Assembly: GCA_031285205.1 (NCBI GenBank)
Contig: JAITWO010000002.1
Span: forward strand, 1 to 27,965
Direction of reading: 5' to 3'
Length of the DNA stretch: 27,965 nucleotides
From: Methanomassiliicoccaceae archaeon
GTDB lineage: Archaea; Thermoplasmatota; Thermoplasmata; Methanomassiliicoccales; Methanomethylophilaceae
The translations under genes and the position numbers were made by a program. Position 1 is the first letter of the stretch. Every line of letters begins with the position of its first letter. Shown one piece after another: positions 13,938-21,925 of this stretch. The notes beneath the pieces were generated by a model. The model saw only the letters and a list, made by a program, of their open reading frames with translations. It was not told the origin of the DNA and ran no database searches.

Positions 13938-16760
13938 ATGGACGGCGCACTGACCCTCGGTAACGAGAGAATATTGAAGATCGCCAAAAAATATTATGAT
14001 TGGGCGAAGCCGATCATCTCCCTCGGCAAGAACGAGTTCAAAAAAGCTGTAGATTGGGTCCCGGAGTTCGACGGCAGGAAAAATGATGTCGAGAAGGCCG
14101 GTACATTATCATTCGATACCGCAATGCTCGGAACCTTTCCCGGGACGGGGACCATAACTGTTGCCTTTGCGTGCGCCGCATTCGACCTCGCCCCCGAAAG
14201 CGTGGTCATGTCACAGAATCTGGGCTCTGCTATCGCACTGTTCTGCGACAACAGTCCCGACCTCAGCATCAAAGAGAAAAAGAAAGAGATATACGAGGAT
14301 GCGGCGGCGGTCCTGATCTATGCCGTCTCTTTGTCATTATCTGAAGACATGTACACTGAGAAAAGCCTCGGACCGCTGGTGGCCCTCGGCAATCTGTTCT
14401 TGGATATGGAGAAGTACGAAGAAGCGAAGCATCTGTTCACGACCGCACGCAGACTGGACGAAACATACATGCCGGCGGTGGAGGGCCTTGCGGCGTATTA
14501 TAAGGCTGTGAAGAAGCCTCAGCTTGCCGGGATGGTCCGTGAGGGTGCGAAGAAGAACCCCACCGGCTGCGGGAGATCGGCCAATGAGATCGATAAGAAT
14601 GTCAAAAAGGCCACCGAGATATCACAGAAAGGGGATGCCAACGAGGAGGAGATGGAAAAGGATATGGATAAAGCCGAAACGGTGGAGGCACCCAATTACG
14701 GCGATCTCTTTGACAGCATCGACCAGGCGACCGCCGCGAAGATCAGGAACAACAGGAAGGAACTGAACAACAGGATGGTCATCACCGTCCCGAACCTCGA
14801 CATACTTTTTCCGTTCACGGATATCACCGAAGATAATCAGATCTCGGTCAAATCTGCCGTCGCTGCAGTAGCTGAGGAAATACCTAAATTGATCAAATAC
14901 ATGAAAAGGCTCCCGATAGGAGCAGCGCACAGGGATGCGGACATACTCGAGAATACGGGGATCGGCGATTTTTACGTCAGGGGCATGAAATTTCATGACT
15001 TTATGCGTGATGCGGCGAACAACCCCCAAAAATATGAAGACAGTAAAATCAACGCAGAAGGCAAAATACGGACGGACAATGCCAATAAATTCATAAAGGA
15101 TATAAAAGACGGCATCGCTGAGACCACTGCCGCCCGTCACGGCATGGAGGGTGGGGACCGATTTGGAAAGAACCTGATGAGGACCGCCGCGAAGGCGGAA
15201 GCGGTGCTCTTCCCGCTGTCCCTGAATCCGTTCAAATATGCTAACGCATGGGATATCCTCCTCCAGCAGTACAATGCCATGCCCCTGATCAGAAAAAGAA
15301 CACTGCTTTTCGGATATATGGCCGAGATACTAAGGAAAAGATCGAAAATATTATTTGAAGTACAACGGAATTATCACAGAGAGTACGGTGAGATCAATGA
15401 CATATTCAAAAGAGAATTGGACGACCTTAAGGAAAGGTACCAAAAACAGATAGACATCATAAACAAAATGATAAGTGACTGTGATGATCAAGGATGCGGA
15501 CGTTGCAAGAGCTTATCAAAGCGGATAGATGATCTGTCCGATCAACATGAAGTGGATAAACATAAGTTGCATTTGAAATACTACCCGCAGCTCAATCAAT
15601 GCACGAAGAGATTCTGGCTTGAAGGTACCGGGGTCGCTATCGTAATGTACAAGAAACTGGAAAGGAACGCACCGCGGATGTACAAAGAGGTGATGAAGCA
15701 CCTCGTGTACATCTCCGACGAGAAAGTACGTGCGGAGCAGGAGGACATACTCGTTGGGACCATAGCGCAGAGTATCGCAAGCGCCATAGGGCTGGTCCTG
15801 GGGGCATACGGCATGGGAGAGATACTCAGGATCGAGCAGTGCGGATGCGACTTCCAAGCGACGGATGAGCTCGAAGAGAGACTGAAGAAGGAGAAGAAGG
15901 AGAAGGATTATGAGATGCTCATGCGCCAGAAGGCGGCACGGGACTCATTCAAGAGCGGTGCGGTGGATGAGAACTCTGCGTTCTACAAGAACTATCTCAA
16001 ACAGTGGGAATACTCGTTCGATGTCGGCTTTTTCAAATATAAGGTCAACGACCACTTCACCACGACCCATCTGAACATAGATCTCAAGCTTGGATCCTTC
16101 GACTACTCATCCTTTCAAAGCAATATCACGAAGGCAGGCAGTGTGAAAGCTGACCTCACTCTCAAATTGGAGAAACAGGGCGTGGATGTGAAGGGTGAGG
16201 CCACATTCGGCTTCACGTATGTCTGGGACAAGAACGGGAATCCTCATCCGGACGGTTTTGACCTGCGTGCCGGTCTTAAAGCAACGGCGAGCTTGGGGCC
16301 GATCGAGACTGAGATCGGCATATCTTCATCCGTTCGGGAGGGTTTCAACGCGACTGCCGGGGCAAAGGTCTCAGGTGAGCAAGGGCCGGTCAGTGCCGAG
16401 GTCGGTGTGACGGCATCCACTAAGGACGGCGTTGACGCGAATGCCGAATTAGTAGTTTCAGGAGAGTATGGGCCGGCCACGGGCGATGCAAAAGTATCAG
16501 TGTCCACTAAGGACGGCGTTGACGCGAGTGTCAGTGCCGAGGTTTCCGGCAGCAAAGGTCCCCTCCAGGGCGAGGCAAAGGCGTCAGCATCCCTCCAGGG
16601 AGGTGTGAAGGCGTCCGCCGAGGCCAAGATGAGCGGGAACGAATATATTGATGCGCTGAAGGAGGCGGCCTTAGGAGAGACGCTTGCAGAGAACATCTCT
16701 TTGCCAAATTTTGACCGTGAACTATGGGGCGGCGAGTACTCCTCCAAGGGCGATGAGTGA
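13938..16760 (+). CDS. Large orphan protein, paralog B (940 aa), with expanded C-terminal 29-aa repeats
   Basis: Collinear with paralog A. Shared blocks include ILxIAKKYYxWAxP, DTAMxGT, ACAAFDLA, NYGDxFD, ENTGIGDF, AARHGMEGGDRFG, YPQLNQCTKRxWLEGT, GEILRIExCGCD, DENSxxYKxYxKxWEY and GFDLRAGL. It is about 100 aa longer because of the repeats at 16371-16631. Confidence 0.8.
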   Translation: MDGALTLGNERILKIAKKYYDWAKPIISLGKNEFKKAVDWVPEFDGRKNDVEKAGTLSFDTAMLGTFPGTGTITVAFACAAFDLAPESVVMSQNLGSAIALFCDNSPDLSIKEKKKEIYEDAAAVLIYAVSLSLSEDMYTEKSLGPLVALGNLFLDMEKYEEAKHLFTTARRLDETYMPAVEGLAAYYKAVKKPQLAGMVREGAKKNPTGCGRSANEIDKNVKKATEISQKGDANEEEMEKDMDKAETVEAPNYGDLFDSIDQATAAKIRNNRKELNNRMVITVPNLDILFPFTDITEDNQISVKSAVAAVAEEIPKLIKYMKRLPIGAAHRDADILENTGIGDFYVRGMKFHDFMRDAANNPQKYEDSKINAEGKIRTDNANKFIKDIKDGIAETTAARHGMEGGDRFGKNLMRTAAKAEAVLFPLSLNPFKYANAWDILLQQYNAMPLIRKRTLLFGYMAEILRKRSKILFEVQRNYHREYGEINDIFKRELDDLKERYQKQIDIINKMISDCDDQGCGRCKSLSKRIDDLSDQHEVDKHKLHLKYYPQLNQCTKRFWLEGTGVAIVMYKKLERNAPRMYKEVMKHLVYISDEKVRAEQEDILVGTIAQSIASAIGLVLGAYGMGEILRIEQCGCDFQATDELEERLKKEKKEKDYEMLMRQKAARDSFKSGAVDENSAFYKNYLKQWEYSFDVGFFKYKVNDHFTTTHLNIDLKLGSFDYSSFQSNITKAGSVKADLTLKLEKQGVDVKGEATFGFTYVWDKNGNPHPDGFDLRAGLKATASLGPIETEIGISSSVREGFNATAGAKVSGEQGPVSAEVGVTASTKDGVDANAELVVSGEYGPATGDAKVSVSTKDGVDASVSAEVSGSKGPLQGEAKASASLQGGVKASAEAKMSGNEYIDALKEAALGETLAENISLPNFDRELWGGEYSSKGDE
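16371..16631 (+). repeat. Three in-frame 87-nt (29-aa) tandem repeats in the paralog-B C-terminus
   Basis: The units are SGEQGPVSAEVGVTASTKDGVDANAELVV, SGEYGPATGDAKVSVSTKDGVDASVSAEV and SGSKGPLQGEAKASASLQGGVKASAEAKM. An exact 25-nt core, tccactaaggacggcgttgacgcga, occurs at 16416-16440 and 16503-16527 (87-nt offset). Confidence 0.65.
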
Positions 16761-16842
16761 TCATTTATCGTCTTCCCTGACCGCAGAGATAAATACTCCT
16801 GATGGATTATCATATTGAAAAATATCAATGTGAGGGCCACAG

Positions 16843-17160
16843 ATGAACGATCGCTATATTGACGATGCACGTGTATTCAAAGCGTTCTGTGACGAGAACC
16901 GTCTGAAGATATTGGAGATGTTACAGAGCGGCGAGAAATGCGCATGCATACTCCTGGAACGGATGGACATATCACAGCCGACGTTATCGCATCATATGAG
17001 GATACTTTGCGACAGTGGGATCGTCGTTCCACGCAAAGATGGTAAGTGGACCCATTACTCGATAAGCTCTGAGGGACGCGATAACGCCATGGACCTTCTA
17101 TGCCGACTTACCAACCTCATACCCAACGGCGAATGCTGCACCGAGAGGTGCTTCGAATGA
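16843..17160 (+). CDS. ArsR/SmtB-family transcriptional regulator
   Basis: FKAFCDENRLKILEMLQSGEKCACILLERMDISQPTLSHHMRILCDSGIV is a canonical ArsR winged-HTH with a Cys-x-Cys metal-sensing-type site. GAGGG lies 6 nt upstream of the ATG. The stop overlaps the hgcA start (ATGA, 17157-17160). Confidence 0.9.
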   Translation: MNDRYIDDARVFKAFCDENRLKILEMLQSGEKCACILLERMDISQPTLSHHMRILCDSGIVVPRKDGKWTHYSISSEGRDNAMDLLCRLTNLIPNGECCTERCFE

Positions 17161-18158
17161 GCGATCGTTGCTGCGGGAACGATCCGGCGGGAATAATGAG
17201 AGCTGATACGGTCATGACATTCAGGGACCGCCTCGGTGCGCTGAAGGTGCGGTGCGGGATAGGACGCAACAATTACAAGGTAACACCCGGGCTGTATGCA
17301 TTGGGAAGTCCTGATGACAAGTCCGCAGTGTTCGTCAGCGCTAATTATAAACTAACGTTCGACAGCCTGCGGAAGGAGCTTTCGGGGATGGACTGCTATA
17401 TTCTGATATTGGATACGAAGGGGGTGAATGTCTGGTGCGCCGCAGGGAAGGGCACGTTCGGGACCGATGAATTAGTGAGTCGCATCGAAAAGACGGGGCT
17501 TGCGGGCATTGTGTCCCACAGAGAGCTCATTTTGCCGCAGCTCGGTGCATCCGGGGTATGTGCGCATAATGTAAAAAGGCGCACCGGCTTCGAAGTGATC
17601 TACGGCCCGGTGCGCGCATCCGATATCAAGAAGTTCATAGCGGCCGGGATGGATGCTGACGATGATATGAGGGCGGTCAGATTCACAACACGTGACCGTA
17701 TCGTCCTCGTGCCGATGGAGTTCATCCCGGCGATGAAGTTTTCTTTACCGATATTCGGGATACTTTTCCTTGCCAATATGATCCTCAGGGAACCTTTCGG
17801 TATAGAGGACCTTGCGACATACATGTGCGCTCTGGCTGCGGGCGCGGTCCTCACACCTGTCCTTCTTCCTATTATACCCGGAAGGGCGTTCTCGCTTAAA
17901 GGATGGATCGTAGGCATTCTGCTGACGCTGTTCGCAGTATGGCAATTCGGGTGGCTTCAGGATGACATCATCGTTGCATCTGGCTATCTGCTCCTTATTC
18001 CTTCGGTGTCCGCATACTTCGCGATGAACTTTACAGGTTCATCAACTTACACGTCCCCGTCCGGGGTGCTGAAGGAGATGAGGTTTGCCGTTCCATTCAT
18101 CCTCATCACCGTGATCATAGGATCGATATTGCTGTTCATAGGGAAGGTGATCGTATGA
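17157..18158 (+). CDS. hgcA: Mercury-methylation corrinoid protein HgcA
   Basis: The hallmark cap-helix motif GVNVWCAAGKGTFGT is present (N-V-W-C-A-A-G-K at 17427-17450, Cys codon 17436-17438, residue 94 from the ATG at 17157). The corrinoid-binding domain is followed by about 5 C-terminal TM helices. Start trimmed from the ORF-track 17100 to the ATGA-coupled ATG. Confidence 0.9.
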   Translation: MSDRCCGNDPAGIMRADTVMTFRDRLGALKVRCGIGRNNYKVTPGLYALGSPDDKSAVFVSANYKLTFDSLRKELSGMDCYILILDTKGVNVWCAAGKGTFGTDELVSRIEKTGLAGIVSHRELILPQLGASGVCAHNVKRRTGFEVIYGPVRASDIKKFIAAGMDADDDMRAVRFTTRDRIVLVPMEFIPAMKFSLPIFGILFLANMILREPFGIEDLATYMCALAAGAVLTPVLLPIIPGRAFSLKGWIVGILLTLFAVWQFGWLQDDIIVASGYLLLIPSVSAYFAMNFTGSSTYTSPSGVLKEMRFAVPFILITVIIGSILLFIGKVIV

Positions 18159-18439
18159 GATATATCAGGAACGTTGTAACGCTTCAGCTGGACGTAAAAA
18201 AATGCCTGGGGTGCAGGAGATGCGAGGAGGTCTGCCCGCACCGCGTCTTCGCGATGAACGATATGAAGGCGTCCATAAAGGACAGGGATGCGTGCATGGA
18301 GTGCGGCGCATGCGCTCTGAACTGTCCCACTCGTGCCATATCCGTGAAACCGGGTGTCGGGTGTGCAGCGGCGATAATAAAGGGGATGCTCACCGGAAAG
18401 GAGCCGAGCTGTGACTGCTCCGATGATGGTTGCTGCTGA
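18155..18439 (+). CDS. hgcB: Mercury-methylation ferredoxin HgcB (2x[4Fe-4S])
   Basis: Two C-x2-C-x2-C-x3-CP motifs (CLGCRRCEEVCP, CMECGACALNCP) and a Cys-rich C-terminus ending in a CC pair (SCDCSDDGCC). ATGA overlap with hgcA at 18155-18158. Confidence 0.85.
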   Translation: MRYIRNVVTLQLDVKKCLGCRRCEEVCPHRVFAMNDMKASIKDRDACMECGACALNCPTRAISVKPGVGCAAAIIKGMLTGKEPSCDCSDDGCC

Positions 18440-18599
18440 TCGCTCCGATGATCATGTGATCTGTCTTATTAAGTTGTAGAATATGAATTAGAGAGGCAGG
18501 AAAGGGAGCCGAAAGGGCAACATAGAACGGAGGATGTCATAGAAAACGGAAAAATAACGCAACATGTCACAAATACAGGTGAGCCGGTAGATATTAAAG

Positions 18600-18672
18600 T
18601 GGGCCTGTCCAGATTTGAACTGGAGTCAATAGCACCCCAAGCTACAAGGATACCAAGCTACCCCACAGGCCC
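18600..18672 (-). tRNA. tRNA-Pro (anticodon GGG), no encoded CCA
   Basis: Minus strand reads GGGCCTG-TG-GGGT-AGCTTGGTA-TCCT-T-GTAGC-TTGGGGT-GCTAT-TGAC-TCCAG-TTCAAAT-CTGGA-CAGGCCC-A. There is a 7-bp acceptor stem and a 5-bp anticodon stem. The anticodon loop has U33, GGG and G37. The T-loop is canonical TTCAAAT. One 13:22 mismatch occurs in the D stem. Confidence 0.85.
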
Positions 18673-18709
18673 ATGATGAAAGGGGGTTTGAATGAAAGGG
18701 TTTTGATGA

Positions 18710-18901
18710 TCAGCCCAGCGGCGAGATCTCTTCGATAAGGTTCGCATGCGAAATTATCATCCTGCGGCAGCAGTACCTCTCGAGACCGAGGTCATCGAGC
18801 ACTTTCTGCGGTGCCTCGCCCATCGAGACGCGCTTGACGTACTCGGTGTAAACACTTCCCACCACTTTGCCGCATGTGAAACATCTCACGGGTATTATCA
18901 T
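18710..18901 (-). CDS. rpoN: DNA-directed RNA polymerase subunit N (Rpo10)
   Basis: [15 protein letters not shown]...YCCRRM is the invariant RpoN/RPB10 zinc-bundle signature. The protein is 63 aa. Confidence 0.9.
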   Translation of the reverse strand: MIIPVRCFTCGKVVGSVYTEYVKRVSMGEAPQKVLDDLGLERYCCRRMIISHANLIEEISPLG

Positions 18902-18910
18902 GCCATCACC

Positions 18911-19309
18911 TTAACGATACGACTTCTGCCTCTTGGCGCGTGCGCCGTGCCCCAGCGGGTTCTTCGGTAATTTCCTGCGGGTGTCGTTGATCACGAATGA
19001 CCTGTCGTAGGACCTGAACATCGCTTCAAGCTCATCATCCTTGAAGAAGTCGATGAGCCCTCTCGTGATCGCGGTGCGTATCGCTTCCGCCTGGCCCATC
19101 ACTCCGCCGCCCTGCACATTCACCGATATGTCCACCTTTGACGCTTTCTCCGCCGCCAGCCCGAGGGGCTCCTGTATCTTCAGCCTTGCCAGCTCCGGAC
19201 TGTACACCTCCAGCGGTATCTTGTTTATCGTTACCTTCCCGGTACCTTCTTTGACAACGGCCCTCGCTATGGCCGTCTTCCTCTTCCCACTTGTGTTAAC
19301 TGCGTCCAC
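18911..19309 (-). CDS. rps9: 30S ribosomal protein S9 (uS9)
   Basis: GKRKTAIARA...VQGGGVMGQAEAIRTAITRGL...ARAKRQKSYR; the C-terminal KSYR is typical of the family. Confidence 0.95.
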   Translation of the reverse strand: MDAVNTSGKRKTAIARAVVKEGTGKVTINKIPLEVYSPELARLKIQEPLGLAAEKASKVDISVNVQGGGVMGQAEAIRTAITRGLIDFFKDDELEAMFRSYDRSFVINDTRRKLPKNPLGHGARAKRQKSYR

Positions 19310-19313
19310 GGGA

Positions 19314-19733
19314 TCACCTCACATTAGAACCCAGGAATTTTGCAACGGCACCCAGGGTCGTGTATTTGCCGGTTCTCAATCTCATTGCCTCTTCGACCGT
19401 CTGCTTCTCGACGTCCTTGAACTGCTCCGGGAAGCCGACGAACACATGGATCCTCCTGTACGCCTCCCTTCCGGTGGTCGTGGTCCACGGGATCATCCCT
19501 CTGATCGTCCTCTTCAGCAGAAGGTCTGCGCGGCGCGGATAGTACGGTCCTTTCCTTATCTGTCCGCGGTCCACCTTTTCCTTGAACTGCGCGAACACCA
19601 TCTCCTTCGCCCCGGTGATGATCACATGCTCAGCGTTCAGTACGACTATCTCTTCGCCGTTGAGTATCCGTTCGGCGATGTTGCTTGACAGCCTTCCCAT
19701 GATGTGTCCTTTTGCGTCTATTACCGTTACCAT
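19314..19733 (-). CDS. rpl13: 50S ribosomal protein L13 (uL13)
   Basis: VIDAKGHIMGRLSSNIAERILNGEEIVVLNAEHVIITG...IRGMIP; conserved position upstream of S9. Confidence 0.95.
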   Translation of the reverse strand: MVTVIDAKGHIMGRLSSNIAERILNGEEIVVLNAEHVIITGAKEMVFAQFKEKVDRGQIRKGPYYPRRADLLLKRTIRGMIPWTTTTGREAYRRIHVFVGFPEQFKDVEKQTVEEAMRLRTGKYTTLGAVAKFLGSNVR

Positions 19734-19737
19734 GGGA

Positions 19738-20100
19738 TCACCTCATTATCCTGACGCCGGATCCCTTGGGGTTCTCTGCCATGAGATCCGCTATCGACAT
19801 CGTCTTTCCGCCTGCTGCAGCTATCGCCGTCTCGGCCTTCTCGGAAAAACTGTATGCCGCCACCGTCACTTTCTTCGATATGCTTCCTGCCGCTAACACC
19901 TTACCGGGGACTAAAACAACGTCCCCTGCCTCAGCGTTTCTGTCAAGCCTGCTCAGGTTGAGTTCGGCCCAGTTCCTCCGGGGTTTCTCAAGCCTTTTAG
20001 CAATGTCTCGCCAGATCGCAGCTCCGGTCTCTCTTTCCTTCGCCTTCAGATCGTCGATCAGGGCGAGGAGGTTCGGATCTGTTTTGAAGATTCTCTTCAT
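19738..20100 (-). CDS. rpl18e: 50S ribosomal protein L18e (eL18)
   Basis: Start trimmed from 20202 to ATG 20100 (MKRIFKTDPNLLALIDDLK...), giving 120 aa as is typical of archaeal L18e. VLVPGKVLAAG motif. Canonical L18e-L13-S9-RpoN gene order. Confidence 0.85.
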   Translation of the reverse strand: MKRIFKTDPNLLALIDDLKAKERETGAAIWRDIAKRLEKPRRNWAELNLSRLDRNAEAGDVVLVPGKVLAAGSISKKVTVAAYSFSEKAETAIAAAGGKTMSIADLMAENPKGSGVRIMR

Positions 20101-20336
20101 AGTCTGACTCTCCCGACATCGGGTAACGCTCCAATGAACAGGTTGTTTATAAACATATCGTGCGTAAAATAAGGACGGGCCCTTTTCCTCATGCGGCCGC
20201 ATTGCATATGCTCTTTTAAATATTGACCTGACCGTCCGCCGGCCGAGGGCACGTATCCATCGCCGTTCACATGTATGCGCGCCAATATAGTAAAATAGTA
20301 GCCCGAGATTTCGTTGTAGTCAGCCGAGGTGCGAAA

Positions 20337-21389
20337 ATGATAAGGTTTGGTCCCGCAGGAATCCCGTTGTCGTGTAAAGGTCGTACGTTGAAGGACGGCA
20401 TAGAAGATGTGCATAACCTCGGTCTCACCGCGATCGAGATACCCATGGTAAGGGCCGGTACCGTTGAACGGTATCCGGAGGAAGAAGAGATAGGATTATG
20501 CATCAGGGACCTCAAGGATGGTCTCGTCGTTGAAATAATACGTGATGATATGCAGATATGCGACCCAAAGGAGCCCATTGAGAGTGATGACATCCTGGTG
20601 ATGATGGCGTCCGGTGTCGCTGACTCGTATGCGTCCCTCATGCCCATAGGCAATATGGCGAAGAGGCTTGACGTGAAGGTCTCGATGCACACCCCGTACT
20701 ACATGGACCTGGGAAGCAACAACGAGCACACCGCAAGATGCCTCAACAACATAAGGCACGCCGGCATAATAACCAACGCGCTGGGAGGCGATGTCGTCGT
20801 GACCAACCTCGGACTGTACGATGACCTCAACAACACTGATGAGATAGACGCCAACATCATTGATAACGTACTTTCTATAATGGAATGGTGGGAGGACTCC
20901 GGGATCCGGACAAGACTGGGAGTGGAGATTACAGGGCGCATAGAGGCCTTCGGATCGCTGGACCAGGTGCTTGACCTCTGCGACAGGGTGGACGGCATCG
21001 TCCCCATCATGAATTTTCCGCATTATCATTCGAGGACGCGCGGCTCGCTCCTGACGGCTGCGGACTTCAAGGAGGTGCTGGATCAGATCTCACCCTATTG
21101 TAAGGACGGGATACACACGCTCTTCTCGGGTGTTGAGCACAACGACGGCAACGAGCGCCGCCTCACACCCATTAAGAAAGGGGATCTGAAATTCGAGCCG
21201 CTGGCTGAAACGCTTGCGGACATGGACCGTGATGTGACCGTCATATCCGGGTCGCCGCTGCTTGAGCATGATGCTATGTACATGAAGGTGATACACGAGC
21301 GTGTCCTCACCAAGAGGGTGGTAAAGGCGATGAGGGCCAAGAAGAAGGACGAAGCGACGACCGGTGGGACGTACGAAGAGGATGACTGA
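20337..21389 (+). CDS. TIM-barrel protein, endonuclease IV / sugar-phosphate isomerase-like (AP_endonuc_2 type)
   Basis: Start trimmed to ATG 20337, preceded by GAGGTG. MIRFGPAGIP...GLTAIEI at the N-terminus is typical of the family. It has a long internal insertion and a K/E-rich tail. The stop overlaps the PHI start by 1 nt. Confidence 0.55.
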   Translation: MIRFGPAGIPLSCKGRTLKDGIEDVHNLGLTAIEIPMVRAGTVERYPEEEEIGLCIRDLKDGLVVEIIRDDMQICDPKEPIESDDILVMMASGVADSYASLMPIGNMAKRLDVKVSMHTPYYMDLGSNNEHTARCLNNIRHAGIITNALGGDVVVTNLGLYDDLNNTDEIDANIIDNVLSIMEWWEDSGIRTRLGVEITGRIEAFGSLDQVLDLCDRVDGIVPIMNFPHYHSRTRGSLLTAADFKEVLDQISPYCKDGIHTLFSGVEHNDGNERRLTPIKKGDLKFEPLAETLADMDRDVTVISGSPLLEHDAMYMKVIHERVLTKRVVKAMRAKKKDEATTGGTYEEDD

Positions 21390-21925
21390 TGCCGTCGATC
21401 GATTATATCATAGATGCGGTTAAAGACGCTGTCGCCGCCGTCGACCCGAAAGCGGTGGATGAACTGATAGATAATATCATACACTCCAAGACCGTCTTCG
21501 TGTTCGGAGTGGGGAGGTCGGGGCTGGCGGGGCAGTTCTTCTGCGTCAGATTGGTCCAGATGGGCCTGGATGTGCATTTTGTCGGTGAGATGACGACGCC
21601 GATAATAACCAAGGATGACCTTACGATACTCATCTCCGGTACCGGAAATACGATGTCGGCCGTTCAGACGGCGAACATAGCCAGACGCATCGGTTCTAAG
21701 GTCATGGCGGTCACCGCCCGGGCTGATACGAAACTTGCGATAGCATCCGATTCGGTCATTCTGCTTCCGGAGGCCAGGGATAAAGAGAGATCAAAATATG
21801 CGCCGCTCGGCACCATATTTGAAAATGCGGCCGTCCTTTTCCTGGACAGCATAGTACCGATGATAATGGAACGCCTTGGGCTCACGGAATCTGACATGAG
21901 GAAGCGTCACGCCATCTGGGTGTGA
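21389..21925 (+). CDS. hxlB: 6-phospho-3-hexuloisomerase (PHI, SIS domain)
   Basis: VFVFGVGRSGLAGQFFCVRLVQMGLDVHFVGEMTTP...DLTILISGTGNT...KYAPLGTIFENAAVLFLD...RH matches archaeal PHI (MJ1247-type, as I recall that sequence) along the whole length. Confidence 0.85.
   Translation: MPSIDYIIDAVKDAVAAVDPKAVDELIDNIIHSKTVFVFGVGRSGLAGQFFCVRLVQMGLDVHFVGEMTTPIITKDDLTILISGTGNTMSAVQTANIARRIGSKVMAVTARADTKLAIASDSVILLPEARDKERSKYAPLGTIFENAAVLFLDSIVPMIMERLGLTESDMRKRHAIWV

Noticed and set aside
18420-18465. Possible C/D-box sRNA (gATGATGg ... CTGA ... cgATGATC ... CTGT) at the hgcB 3' end
   Set aside because: The box sequences are imperfect. The C-to-D' spacing is only about 6 nt, too short for a 10-12 nt guide. 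The first boxes lie inside the hgcB coding sequence.
16761-18672. hgcAB (and perhaps the paralog pair) as a genomic island integrated at the 3' end of tRNA-Pro
   Set aside because: The tRNA 3' end does face hgcB. However, I found no integrase or recombinase, no direct repeat of the tRNA 3' half elsewhere in the window, and no other mobile-element gene. The idea is not supported by this sequence alone.
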